Below are positions 1 to 12,347 of a stretch of 64,000 nucleotides of DNA, piece by piece. Location: contig CAWIGG010000002.1 in NCBI GenBank assembly GCA_963835575.1, forward strand, positions 1,120,001 to 1,184,000, read 5' to 3'. This DNA comes from an uncultured Spirochaetota bacterium (GTDB lineage: Bacteria; Spirochaetota; Brevinematia; Brevinematales; JAOACQ01). The notes beneath the pieces are model-generated. The model was not told where the DNA came from and searched no databases. It saw only the letters and a list, made by a program, of their open reading frames with translations. Made by a program: the position numbers and the translations under genes. Every line of letters starts with the position of its first letter. The first letter of the stretch is position 1.

Positions 1-1
1 T

Positions 2-1825
2 ATGCTGTATAAAACATCCATTGACGGAGATATGGCTCGGTATCAGGAGTTGGATAAAAGGATCAATTTTCTGACTACCGCATTTGAAAGCGCATTAGAA
101 TCGCTCAATATGAAAGAGATAGAAGAGATAATTGATACGGAAATAGTTAAACAGGAAGATATTGAAAAGCATATAAAAAATATTGAATCGGATCTTAATA
201 ATTATTACAATATCCTGGAAAAATTAAAAAGCGAACAGACTGATATAGCTATAAAAGTTAAGAGAATAGACTATTTCTCAAATTATAATCTGGATTGGAA
301 AAAATTATCCGAAGTAAAATATTTCTCTATCGGTTTCGGCAGCATTCCTTCCACCAGTTATGACGGTTTTAACAGCGCAATGGAAACGCTGCCCTCAGTC
401 TTGAACTATATCGATACAATACGGGATGATATTCTTGTTTTCTTTATTGTTTCAAAATCTTCAAAGGAAAAAGTAGATCAAATATTGAAAAATGTCTTTT
501 TCAAGGATTACGGCATTCCGAACAGTGAAGAAGAAATCAATAAATCGAAATTGATCCATTATGCGTTTCAGCTTTCGGCTTCCTATGATGAAGAGTTATG
601 GCAGGAAAAACAATACCGTAATATGGTATTAAAATACACCATGCTCCTGAAAAAACTAAAAAACAGCATTCAGTATTATATTTCCATGGAGCGTCTTAAA
701 GGCGAAATGGTTTCAACTAATAAGGTATGTCTCTTTTCAGGATGGGTGCCAGCCAATCAAATTAAACTATTAAAAATTAATATTGAAGAGGTTACTTCCA
801 AACAATGTGTGTTTCTTGAACAGGATGCGCTTGAAGCACTTAGGAAAGAAGGCCTGACGCCGCCGACCAAATTTTCAAATCCTTTCTTTTTAAAACCATT
901 TGAAGGCCTGGTATCAACTTTCGGCCTGCCGAACTACAGGGAAATTGATCCGACACCCATAGCCGCTCTGACTTATCTGATCATGTACGGGGCCATGTTC
1001 GGCGATGTAGGTCATGGAATTGTCATTGCCCTGTTGGGTATTCTTATTTTATTGGTTAAAAAGTTAAAATCATTCAGGGATTTCGGCGCTATATTTTTAG
1101 GTATCGGACTGTCTTCGGCTTTATTCGGACTGTTTTATGGGGCTATATTCGGCTATGAGAATGTTTTCAAACCGCTCTGGATAAGGCCAATGGAACACAT
1201 TATGGACATCCTGGTTGTGGCTGTTCTATTCGGCGCAGGTATGATAATGCTTGGTATTATTATAAGCATAATAAACAGTCTTCTTGAAAAGAATTACGGG
1301 CGTCTCTTTTTCTCTCCAAACGGAATTGCAGGACTGGCTTTTTACGGAAGCCTTCTTTATGTAGGATACTCTGTTATGAGTAATAAGCCTTTTATACCTT
1401 ATGTATGGATAATACCTGCCGTTTGTGTATTCATGATCGCTTTTGAGAAAATACTGGAGCGGAAGCTATTCCATCATGAGGAAGGCGCTCATGATGAAAA
1501 ACCGAGCATAGCGCTCGGCTTTGTAGAAGTATTTGAATCATCCATGTCATTTCTCAGCAATACAATATCATTTATCAGGGTGGGGGCTTTTGCTTTAAAC
1601 CATGGAGCATTGATGAGCGTTGTATTCGTTCTGGCCGGCATGTCCACAAATCCGATAGTGCAATGGATAGCCCTGCTGATCGGGAATTTATTCGTTATCG
1701 GTTTCGAGGGATTTATCGTAGCGATTCAGGTCTTAAGGCTTGAATATTATGAGTTCTTTGTTAAATTCTTCAGAGCGAACGGAAAGGCATTTGAAGGCCT
1801 CGGAATATATAAGAGCAGTTCTTAA
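2..1825 (+). CDS. V/A-type ATP synthase subunit I, probably 5'-truncated by the window edge
   Basis: Coiled-coil N-terminus; motifs LFSGWVP, P-NYREIDPT, MYGAMFGDVGHG, SNTISFIRVGAFALNH (conserved Arg) and LRLEYYEFF..FF. Confidence 0.92.
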   Translation: MLYKTSIDGDMARYQELDKRINFLTTAFESALESLNMKEIEEIIDTEIVKQEDIEKHIKNIESDLNNYYNILEKLKSEQTDIAIKVKRIDYFSNYNLDWKKLSEVKYFSIGFGSIPSTSYDGFNSAMETLPSVLNYIDTIRDDILVFFIVSKSSKEKVDQILKNVFFKDYGIPNSEEEINKSKLIHYAFQLSASYDEELWQEKQYRNMVLKYTMLLKKLKNSIQYYISMERLKGEMVSTNKVCLFSGWVPANQIKLLKINIEEVTSKQCVFLEQDALEALRKEGLTPPTKFSNPFFLKPFEGLVSTFGLPNYREIDPTPIAALTYLIMYGAMFGDVGHGIVIALLGILILLVKKLKSFRDFGAIFLGIGLSSALFGLFYGAIFGYENVFKPLWIRPMEHIMDILVVAVLFGAGMIMLGIIISIINSLLEKNYGRLFFSPNGIAGLAFYGSLLYVGYSVMSNKPFIPYVWIIPAVCVFMIAFEKILERKLFHHEEGAHDEKPSIALGFVEVFESSMSFLSNTISFIRVGAFALNHGALMSVVFVLAGMSTNPIVQWIALLIGNLFVIGFEGFIVAIQVLRLEYYEFFVKFFRANGKAFEGLGIYKSSS

Positions 1826-1863
1826 AACCATACAAATTCAGCCAAAACCGCAATATCTTTTGA

Positions 1864-2694
1864 TTATTCCTGCTTTTCTTTCCTGGCTTTTTTCGCTTCG
1901 AGAAGATTAACCCATAGTGATTGAGGAGAGTTATCAGATTTCACTTTCTGAAGCATCCGGGTTTGCGGAGGAAATTCGTATTTTTTTATTATCTCTTCAT
2001 ATAAAAAGTATCGCAATACATTTGAAATCCCGAAATAAAAAACCAGCGAGATCTTCCATAAGAATGTCAGAAAAATCAAGATAATAAAATCAATGAGAAA
2101 CAGGATAAATATAGGCAGAAAATTCCTTATGGCTATTTCCATGGAATATTTCAGGATTTCCGAAAACTTCAATTTCTTATAAACCGTGAACATCAGAGCA
2201 AAGAAATATTGAGTGATCATCAGGGTTAAATATGAAAAAATGACAAATGTCAGCATCAAATATTTGACCAGGCCGCTTCCGATCTTCATAAAATAAAAAT
2301 AACCCGTATAGCTGAAGAGAAGCGTCAAAATCCCATATATTACCGTTAAGAAAATGGAAGGTCCTATTGACCTGATAAATGAATTGCCTATTCCTTTAAA
2401 AAACTCCTTAAATCCATTCACATTTTCCTGGATGCAGTTTCTTTGCAGGTCCATGGCCATAAGCGATAACGGGAAAAAACCCTGTATCGCAATAAGAATG
2501 AAACTGAAAATACTGATCTGGAGATAATCTGTCATATTGATCACAGTTGAAAAGGATAAAAGTTTATCCAGAGCTCTTGCCACAAGAATAAAAAAGAAGG
2601 GATTGAGTGCCCCTATAATTGAGGCGATTATAAAAAAGAAGTAATATTCCCTCCAGCTGTTTATAGTCTTTTTAAAAATGTTAATAATAAACAT
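1864..2694 (-). CDS. Multi-pass membrane protein of unknown function
   Basis: 276-aa ORF with about 5-6 hydrophobic segments; AGGAG upstream of the ATG. Confidence 0.7.
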   Translation of the reverse strand: MFIINIFKKTINSWREYYFFFIIASIIGALNPFFFILVARALDKLLSFSTVINMTDYLQISIFSFILIAIQGFFPLSLMAMDLQRNCIQENVNGFKEFFKGIGNSFIRSIGPSIFLTVIYGILTLLFSYTGYFYFMKIGSGLVKYLMLTFVIFSYLTLMITQYFFALMFTVYKKLKFSEILKYSMEIAIRNFLPIFILFLIDFIILIFLTFLWKISLVFYFGISNVLRYFLYEEIIKKYEFPPQTRMLQKVKSDNSPQSLWVNLLEAKKARKEKQE

Positions 2695-2778
2695 ATTGAA
2701 ATTACTCCTGACAAAATTGATTAAATATTATACTTAATATAATTAAAAATACCAAATTTATATTTTATATTTGATATT

Positions 2779-2807
2779 TTGACTTTATAACTAATTTTTA
2801 ATATAAT
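2779..2807 (+). promoter_or_regulatory. Sigma70-type promoter for the cobalamin riboswitch leader
   Basis: TTGACT (2779-2784), 17 nt, TATAAT (2802-2807); predicted start about 2814, just before riboswitch P1. Confidence 0.75.
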
Positions 2808-2815
2808 ATATTCAC

Positions 2816-2977
2816 TTATCATATGGTACCCGAATGGGTATAATAGGGAATCTGGTATAAAGCCAGAGCGCTGCCCGGCACTGTAAGGGATTTTTGTTTT
2901 CTCCTGAGCCACTGTTTTTTAGAACGGGAAGGCTCTGAGAATATTCTATCCCGAGTCAGGAGACCTGCCATAGATAA
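2816..2977 (+). ncRNA. Cobalamin (B12) riboswitch
   Basis: Elements in the expected order: GGTACCC-gaat-GGGTAT stem, AATAGGGAA, TCTGG..CCAGA stem, GCCCGGCACTGTAA, GAGCCACTG...GGGAAGGC and the B12 box AGTCAGGAGACCTGCC; P1 pairing TTATC.TATGG/CCATAGATAA; upstream of a TonB-receptor-like gene. Confidence 0.9.
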
Positions 2978-3050
2978 TATCTTATTTTCCTCGGGTCAAG
3001 GAAAAGGAGAAACACAGCCTCTCTTTTAGCCAAATTTATCCTTGTCTGTG

Positions 3051-4725
3051 TTGCCTGTCGGTTTTTATAACATGCTTCATGGACATACGGCAGGGTTCCC
3101 GTTAAAATAAAACGGGAGAAAAAGATGGCAAGATTTGAAAAGAACAGCCTGGAGCAGGGTGAGTTCCTCGCGATCAATATAGGCGAGCAGTTTGATGAGA
3201 ATTCCAGAGAATTTATACTAAAAGAATTCATCAAAAACCGTATTAAACTGGAGGATTTCGCGGCTTACTATAAGAACGACCATAGAGGCAGAGAGATTAA
3301 AAATCCTCGGGATGTGATCTGTGCGGTACTCTACGGTTACATTACGGGAAATCGTATCAGCCGAAAGATAGAAGATTTGCTGAAAAAACACATTGGGTTT
3401 ATGTATGTTTCAAACCGGCTGAAAATTGACCATTCGGTAATTTGCGAGTTCAAGGTACTTTTTCAGGAAAAGATCGAGGAGTTGTTCAGCCAGCTTTTAT
3501 ATATACTCAACGAAATGGGGTCTATAGATTGGGACATGGTAGTGGGTGACGGCACAAAGATCAAGGCCTACGCGAGTAAGAATAAGAATGTGGGAAAGAA
3601 ACATACCCGGAAGCTGATGGACACTTACCAGAAGATGGCGGAAAAGATTGTGAAACAAGACCTGGAACTGGAAGAATCTTACCGGGAAGGCAAGCTGGAG
3701 CAGCCTTATTACGAAGCGGAGAAGAAGCGGGTATCAAGGCGGAAAAAGATTTACGATAGTGTTTTGAACCAAATCGATGAATACAAAAAACAGGTAGAGA
3801 GAGGGGAAAAGACAGACGAAGAATTCACCAACCTGACTGATCCCGAAAGCAAGCTGATGTCTGGAAATCCGCATAGTGTGTTTATACAGGGATATAATTC
3901 GGCGATGATGGTCAGTAATAATGATGTGATTATAGATTTTGAAGCAATCACAACACCGGAAAAACAGCATACGGAAGAAATGGTAAAGAGGGTGGAACAG
4001 AAAAAAGCGGAATTAAAAGTTGATAAGGCTAGCAAATACCTTTTTGATTCGGGTTTTCAGGACATGGAAGAGACAATCCGGATGGTGGAGGAAGGAAAAG
4101 ACCTTTATGTGGATACGAAAGAGCGGGATTTCAGTGATAAATCACAGAAGCGAAGAGACTTTAAACTGGAAAAGATTGATGACGAATATATCCTGGGATG
4201 CCGGGGCGGCCGTAAGGAAAATGGGTATTTAGATCGAAATAACCAAAGATATACATTTTTGTATTCACGGAAGGGCTGTGAAAGATGTCCATTTTTCAGT
4301 GAGTGTTATAAAAACATCAAACCGAAAACACAGCAAAAGACAGTAATTTTCAGTGAGTTTGAATTGAATAATCGGTCTAAGATTGATGCTTATTTAACAA
4401 AACTTTACAGCGAAGAAGGGCAAAAGATATACAACCGCAGGATAGGTAAAGAACACGTATTTTCAAACATCAAAACACAGAAGGGTTATGTTCAGACAGT
4501 TTACAGAGGTCAACGGAAAGTGAATTTGGAGCTATGCTGGGTATCCCTTGCGCATAATTTTATGAAATATGCCCAATATTTGAGAAAATAGAGAGGATTT
4601 TGTATAGTCTGAGTATCGATTATTCGAAATTTATTATTAAAATCAGCTAAGCTGACAAAATTTTTATTTGCCCGCTTATTGTAAGGGGCTGGTTTGACTC
4701 CGAAAATGAAATAACCGACAGGCAA
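3051..4725 (+). mobile_element. IS1182-family insertion sequence (1675 bp)
   Basis: Perfect 13-bp terminal inverted repeats TTGCCTGTCGGTT (3051-3063) and AACCGACAGGCAA (4713-4725), flanked by a 4-bp TGTG duplication (3047-3050, 4726-4729). Confidence 0.9.
3125..4591 (+). CDS. IS1182-family DDE transposase, apparently intact
   Basis: Motifs DGTKIKAYAS, NLTDPES, QGYN, LFDSGF, C..C, YNRR...EHVFSNIK and LAHN. Confidence 0.88.
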   Translation: MARFEKNSLEQGEFLAINIGEQFDENSREFILKEFIKNRIKLEDFAAYYKNDHRGREIKNPRDVICAVLYGYITGNRISRKIEDLLKKHIGFMYVSNRLKIDHSVICEFKVLFQEKIEELFSQLLYILNEMGSIDWDMVVGDGTKIKAYASKNKNVGKKHTRKLMDTYQKMAEKIVKQDLELEESYREGKLEQPYYEAEKKRVSRRKKIYDSVLNQIDEYKKQVERGEKTDEEFTNLTDPESKLMSGNPHSVFIQGYNSAMMVSNNDVIIDFEAITTPEKQHTEEMVKRVEQKKAELKVDKASKYLFDSGFQDMEETIRMVEEGKDLYVDTKERDFSDKSQKRRDFKLEKIDDEYILGCRGGRKENGYLDRNNQRYTFLYSRKGCERCPFFSECYKNIKPKTQQKTVIFSEFELNNRSKIDAYLTKLYSEEGQKIYNRRIGKEHVFSNIKTQKGYVQTVYRGQRKVNLELCWVSLAHNFMKYAQYLRK

Positions 4726-5752
4726 TGTGGAAATAAGAAATAACATATTAAGAGCTTCTATGATTAAGCGTAATATTTTAACTATTGTTTTTCTTATTTT
4801 ATTTAGTGCTTTATTTGAAGAATCGAATTATCAATTAAGTTTTACTAATGAAAATAAATTATTTGATATCCCTTATCAGCCTGGAATTAATTATGATAAT
4901 TATAAAACACTTGATTTTAACTCAATTTACTCTAAACCACCTTCTTCTTCCATTGAGATTAAATCTCAAGGCACTCCTCCCGACCAGCTGAATACAATTT
5001 CAGCGGACGGAGGCCTTGCACAGCATACCAGAACCGCTTTAAACGGCCTTGTTATAGAAAACAGCCAGAACAATGTGCTGGACCTGTCGGTTTTACCTCT
5101 TGAATTTGCTTCCAGCATTGATGTCTATAAAAACAATCTGTCTCCATATGGAATCAGCGCCAGCTCAGGCCTGGTCAATTTCAACCTTTTTCCTGTAAAT
5201 AATCTTTCTTATCTTTCTTTTTATATGGGAAGCTATGCGAACTATGGCGGAAAATTATTACTGAATAAAGAAATAAACAATTCCCGGTTTTATCTGGGTT
5301 TAGCCGCATCCTCAGCCGATAATGATTTTATTTATGAAGACCAGTTTTCTGCTACAAATAAAGCATCAAACCCGGATTACAAAAAATACAGCATTATCGG
5401 ACGCTGGCAGACATCCGCCTTTGATCTGATTTTAACACATACGGGAAAGGAAGCCGGAACAGGAAATAAATACAGCGGCCAGGGACGGCAGAGCGACTTA
5501 TTCAGCACTGTTGATTTTACGACTTCCCTGAATAGTTTTAATTTTAATTTGAATTATATAAACTGGCAAAACAAATATTGGGACACTATCAACGGAACTA
5601 ATACACATCTCAACCAGACTATCGGAGTTAAATGCGATAAAAAAATAAATTTTCAGTTCATGAATACTACAATTAAATTAGCTGATAATTATTATATTCT
5701 AAACAGTACGCAATTAGGCAATAAATCGGATGATGATGTCAAATTAGCTCTA

Positions 5753-7035
5753 GGGCGGTTTTAAAAACCGCCTAATTTATCAACACTTCCCTGATAATAG
5801 AAAATATTTTCAAAATATTTCTGCCAACAGGTTAAAAACTGTTTCTATTACCAAAATTTAGCCAAACACGGGCAATATTATCCATATCTTCTGCATTTTA
5901 AGCCGCACAAGACGCAATTCGACCTTTTACCACAACATACCGTGCTAAATTATAAACCAGATTCATCAGCCCGATTTGGCTCTCTGCCCTTTCTTTTCCT
6001 ATCGATCGTATTGTACTGCCGTTCATACTATTTTCAACAAAACCAAAAACATGCTCAACACGAACTCGGATGCGGCTCTTTCTTCTATTTTTTTCTTTCT
6101 GCTTCTCCGTCAATGGCTTATTTCTGTATCCTTTTTCGTGAATCCGGTTTTTCATCTCAAATTTTTCTAATATTCCTGCTACCGTTGGGCCAACATATGC
6201 GCTGTCCGCGTAAAACGGCTTCCCTTTGTCTTTCTCATTCAATAGAGGTTCAACTACCTGTGAATCGTGAACGCTCGCATCTGTCGTGCATAAGAACGAA
6301 TAAGTTTTGACTTCACATCAACCTTTGTATGGTTTTTGTATCCGTAATGCCTCTCTTTATTCTTGGTCATCCAGCGCGCATCCGTGTCTTTATGGGAAAG
6401 CTTATGCGTATTATCTTTCCAATCTTCCGGAACCTCGCCTTCTTTTATTTTCTTGTTTTCTTCGCGGCTGTTCCTCTGCCGGGGAACATCCACAAAACTT
6501 GCGTCTACCATAACGCCCGCTTTCCCTATCACACCTTTATTCTCAAGATTCTCATCGAATATTTTAAAAAGTTTCTCTATTGCTTTCGCTTTCATCAGTT
6601 TTTCCTTGAATTCCCAGATTTTACTGTAGTCCGGAACTTTGTCCGAAAGTGTTATCCCAAGATATCGCTGAACGGATAACCTGTCATTGATCTGAAATTC
6701 CGCTTGCTCATCGGAAAGATTGTAATACCTCTGGAATATCAGTATCTTGAACATGAAAACATAGTCATAATGTGGCGCTCCACCCGGCGCCTTCTGCTCT
6801 TTCGGCGCCAAAATCTCTGTTAACAGCGGCCGGAACATCTCAAAGTCTACAACTCTGTTAAGCTTATCCAGCGGTGTTTTTACGCCGCTTAGCTTTTCCA
6901 TCCGCTCCTGATATTCAAACAAGTTACGGTCTTTCCGCTTAATTTTTGTCATAGCCTTACCTCTGTTTTCTTTGACTATGATTATATGTTTTTATATACT
7001 ATTTGTATATGATACGTGGGTTTTTCAAACCGCCC
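5753..7035 (-). mobile_element. IS5-family insertion sequence (1283 bp)
   Basis: 17-bp inverted repeats GGGCGGTTTTAAAAACC (5753-5769) and GGTTTTTCAAACCGCCC (7019-7035), 16/17 identical; 4-bp TCTA duplication (5749-5752, 7036-7039). Confidence 0.9.
5898..6952 (-). pseudogene. IS5-family transposase split by a frameshift near 6286
   Basis: 5' part has LSDEQAEFQINDRLS, VPDYSKIW, MVDASFV, DTDARW and YGYKNH. The alternate frame continues TDASVHDSQ...YADSAY...RIRVRVEHVFG...NLVYNL. One base is missing at TAT GCA CG ACA. Confidence 0.85.
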
Positions 7036-7118
7036 TCTATTAAATCAAATACCTATCGGTCCTGTTGATTTAGGATTGGCTTTAAACACAATCTACAGAT
7101 CCAGTACGCTATGCTTAA

Positions 7119-9230
<2,112 letters not shown>

Positions 9231-9241
9231 AGGAGGGTTTC

Positions 9242-9787
9242 GTGAAAATGGAGAATTTATTATTTTCGAGTATGTTCTGGGGTGGAATGTTGATTTTAGC
9301 AGGTATTCTTATCGTAATAAACGGGGTATTTCATACACAAATCCCTACTTTTAGAGTTATTGCAGCAGTTGTCTTTGTTGTTATCGGCATCATGATTTTA
9401 AACGGCAGTTTTAAATGGAGCGGTAAAGTTGAGCAGAATACAATCATATTCAGTTCGGGTTCAATGCCGTTTTCAAGCGGGACTAATAATGAGTACAATA
9501 TAATTTTTGGCAGCGGCGTTGTACAGCTTGAAAATCTTAAACTTGATAAAGGTAATATTAATGTGAAGGTTAATACTATTTTCGGTAGCGGGACAGTAGA
9601 AATCAGCCATGATATACCTGTAAAAATAATGGCGAATGCGGCATTTGGAGGAGTTCGTCTGCCGAATGAGAGATTTGTATCTTTCGGTCATGACACTTAT
9701 CAATCCGAGAACCTGAAAAAGGATGAGAACATACTTTTTATAGATGCTAACGCTGTATTCGGAAGCCTGAGGATAATTAGTAAATAA
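9242..9787 (+). CDS. LiaF/DUF2154-like membrane protein
   Basis: Two N-terminal TM helices followed by repeated (N/T)xxFG beta motifs; RBS AGGAGG. Confidence 0.65.
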   Translation: MKMENLLFSSMFWGGMLILAGILIVINGVFHTQIPTFRVIAAVVFVVIGIMILNGSFKWSGKVEQNTIIFSSGSMPFSSGTNNEYNIIFGSGVVQLENLKLDKGNINVKVNTIFGSGTVEISHDIPVKIMANAAFGGVRLPNERFVSFGHDTYQSENLKKDENILFIDANAVFGSLRIISK

Positions 9788-9796
9788 ATGACCGGT

Positions 9797-10630
9797 CTAT
9801 TGTTTAACTGAAAGGTATTTATCGATTCTTTCAAGCAGTTTTCTGTCTTCATCATTAATCAAAGCTTTTAGTTTGTCTGTTCCGAGGTAAGTCCAGAACC
9901 TGAATTGATAAATGCTCTGTATAATGCCTTTTTTTATGACCTGAACAAGCAAATCATTCTTGCTGTAAACTGCTTTGGCATTCTTATCATCACTTATATT
10001 CATGAGCATGCTCTCTATTCCGTCTATGCAGATCAAAACGAAATTTCTGGGAATCTCATCGATTTTGATGGAATTTTCTAATTTATATGAATAAAGGGTG
10101 ATACCTCTTGTTTCAAGTTCATAATAAGAAAAAATATCGATATGGATTCCTTTTTGAAATTTCTCTTCTAATGATGAAATAAAATAATCAAGATTTTCCT
10201 GGTCCTGAATGCTTATATATATTTCCTTTTGAGCGTTTTCAATCATTTTGATAACAGAGTTGATAATGTTTTTTTTCCCTATGATATTCCAGAAATAATC
10301 GGTATTATCTACTATCAGAAAATCCCGTAGAGTTTTAGCAATATTTTTTTTGGCATCAGTAAAATCACTCTCAATATTTTTCAGAAATTCGTCGATTTCC
10401 ACCGGAATATAAGTATCAGGATTGGATTTAATGATCCTCGCTCCACCTTTCTCAACCAGGCGGTTCAGCATTTCATAGACTACAGGCCGGAGTATTCCGC
10501 TATTTTTACTCAGCTGATAACCCGTAATCGGATGGTTTTCCAGAAGCGCTAAATATACCTTTGCTTCATTAGAACTTAATCCTAATTTTTCAAAACTGCC
10601 TATAATATCCGGATGTTCACTGATACGCAA
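9797..10630 (-). CDS. TrmB-family transcriptional regulator
   Basis: LGLSSNEAKVYLALL...TGYQLSKNSGILRPVVYEMLNRLVEKG winged HTH, then a PLD-like effector domain (MIENAQKEIYIS). Confidence 0.88.
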   Translation of the reverse strand: MRISEHPDIIGSFEKLGLSSNEAKVYLALLENHPITGYQLSKNSGILRPVVYEMLNRLVEKGGARIIKSNPDTYIPVEIDEFLKNIESDFTDAKKNIAKTLRDFLIVDNTDYFWNIIGKKNIINSVIKMIENAQKEIYISIQDQENLDYFISSLEEKFQKGIHIDIFSYYELETRGITLYSYKLENSIKIDEIPRNFVLICIDGIESMLMNISDDKNAKAVYSKNDLLVQVIKKGIIQSIYQFRFWTYLGTDKLKALINDEDRKLLERIDKYLSVKQ

Positions 10631-10654
10631 TGTTTCCTCCCCTTTATGCTGATC

Positions 10655-11665
10655 TTACTTTACCTGATATTGATAAAAACCAGCACCTTTTCCAATCATA
10701 TTCATCGTTTCGGCATCAACATCGAATATAATTTTATTGGCATGAAACTTGGATTTTTTTTCAATTAAATATGGATTTCCGGATAAAACCATTTTTTTTT
10801 CTTTTACCAAATATTCACCCCATTTTGCATAAGCTTTTTTATTATCCTGTATAATTATGACATTTCCCAGAAGATTAGCTTTTTCCTCCTGATCATATTT
10901 TTCCATAATGATAGAATAAGCCTTAATATTTTTATCTTTAAAAGTAATAACAGGTTTCTGACTGATCTTTGAATAGCCCAATTCCTTATAATAATCCAGA
11001 CGGCCGGAATTAATGGTATACCCTTCTTTAATATCTTCAACTTTAACATTCCCGATAGCCGTATAGTTTTCAAGAATACCATTTTTAGATTGAATATCTA
11101 TTTTATCTGAATTCATAATCGTTTTCTCTTGTTTAGCCCTTGCATTTCCTATCACTTTAATCTGCCCGGTTTTCTGATATATTGTTGCCTGGTTGCCTTC
11201 AATTATAAAATTTGTATTGGTGATTTTTACATGGCCGATCATAATAACCAGGTCCTTATCAGGATATATTTTCATAAGATCACTTTTAGCCAGTGTGTTA
11301 TCTTTTTGAGAAATAATTTTAGGGTTTTGTTTAACAATAAGCTCTTTTGTTTTTGTATTATAAGTACCTTCTCCGGCCATAAGAATGAATTTTTCTTCAG
11401 TATTTTGATAAAAAACATTCCCAAATGCATAGCCTATTTCAGTTTTATTGTCATAAATAATTGTATTTGCTTTAAGTGAAGATTTTCCCTGAATAATAAG
11501 CGGCATCATATTATTTGTATTTTCTAATAAAAGTTTTTCTATTTCCCATTTATAGGTACTTTTTCCGGCAGTTACTTCAACTGGTTCATTTGTGGATACT
11601 TTAAAAGCCTGCGAAAAAATGAAATCAAATAAAAAAATAAAAGTAATTATGTAAAAATACTTCAT
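10655..11665 (-). CDS. lptA: LptA/OstA-family beta-jellyroll protein
   Basis: Signal peptide; repeated GNV/GNA/GNP OstA-type units; follows lptC. Confidence 0.7.
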   Translation of the reverse strand: MKYFYIITFIFLFDFIFSQAFKVSTNEPVEVTAGKSTYKWEIEKLLLENTNNMMPLIIQGKSSLKANTIIYDNKTEIGYAFGNVFYQNTEEKFILMAGEGTYNTKTKELIVKQNPKIISQKDNTLAKSDLMKIYPDKDLVIMIGHVKITNTNFIIEGNQATIYQKTGQIKVIGNARAKQEKTIMNSDKIDIQSKNGILENYTAIGNVKVEDIKEGYTINSGRLDYYKELGYSKISQKPVITFKDKNIKAYSIIMEKYDQEEKANLLGNVIIIQDNKKAYAKWGEYLVKEKKMVLSGNPYLIEKKSKFHANKIIFDVDAETMNMIGKGAGFYQYQVK

Positions 11666-11674
11666 TTAATATCC

Positions 11675-12199
11675 TTATTTTTTAATATCTCCTTTAGCTT
11701 TCTCTAATGTAACTTCTTTTAAACCTGCATCTGCAATTAATTTATATCCTCTGATAATTGTATTACCTCTTTTTAAGGTAACCAGTTCATCAGGATCACT
11801 GTAAAAGAGTTTTTTGCTATTGTCCCAATAAACTTTATTTGCTTCTAAAGTAGCTTGATTTTCAGACAATATTCTCACTTTTCCTTCCGCGTAAACATTT
11901 GCGTTATCTTTATTAACATAACCGGCATTAGCAGCTAAAAATGATTTGACTGTCCCGTTGGGATTAAAAAAAGTCATCGCCAGATTATATAAATATATTT
12001 CATTTTTTGTATTATACATTTTCGCTTCACTGGCGCGAAGTTCCCATTCTTTTTTACCGGTGAGATCGGCTGAAACATATTTAAAATCACCAAGAACAAA
12101 ATCCGGAAAATCCCTGTTTTTATTTGTTGGATTTTTAAAATTTATAGCACATGAAAATAACAATAAAGGAAAAATTAAGATTAAAATAAGCTTTTTCAT
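11675..12199 (-). CDS. lptC: LPS export periplasmic protein LptC
   Basis: Lipobox LFSC; KEWELRASEA, AEGKVRI and VYWD motifs. Confidence 0.8.
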   Translation of the reverse strand: MKKLILILIFPLLLFSCAINFKNPTNKNRDFPDFVLGDFKYVSADLTGKKEWELRASEAKMYNTKNEIYLYNLAMTFFNPNGTVKSFLAANAGYVNKDNANVYAEGKVRILSENQATLEANKVYWDNSKKLFYSDPDELVTLKRGNTIIRGYKLIADAGLKEVTLEKAKGDIKK

Positions 12200-12347
12200 T
12201 ATATTAATACCTCTTATATAATAATTTTATTTTAACATATAAATATTTATTTAGTAGTAATTTTTCTACTCTTATCTTATTATATTAGAAAGCAAAATTT
12301 ATTGCAAAGAGTTTTTAATTGTTTCATATCCATACAATAGAGGTAAT

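Noticed and set aside
2721..3234. Minus-strand ORFs of 63 and 92 aa
   Set aside because: They lie antisense to the promoter, riboswitch and IS end and show no protein features
4727..4759. GTG start for the receptor-like ORF given by the ORF track
   Set aside because: It lies in the TGTG target duplication; ATG 4760 gives a proper signal peptide
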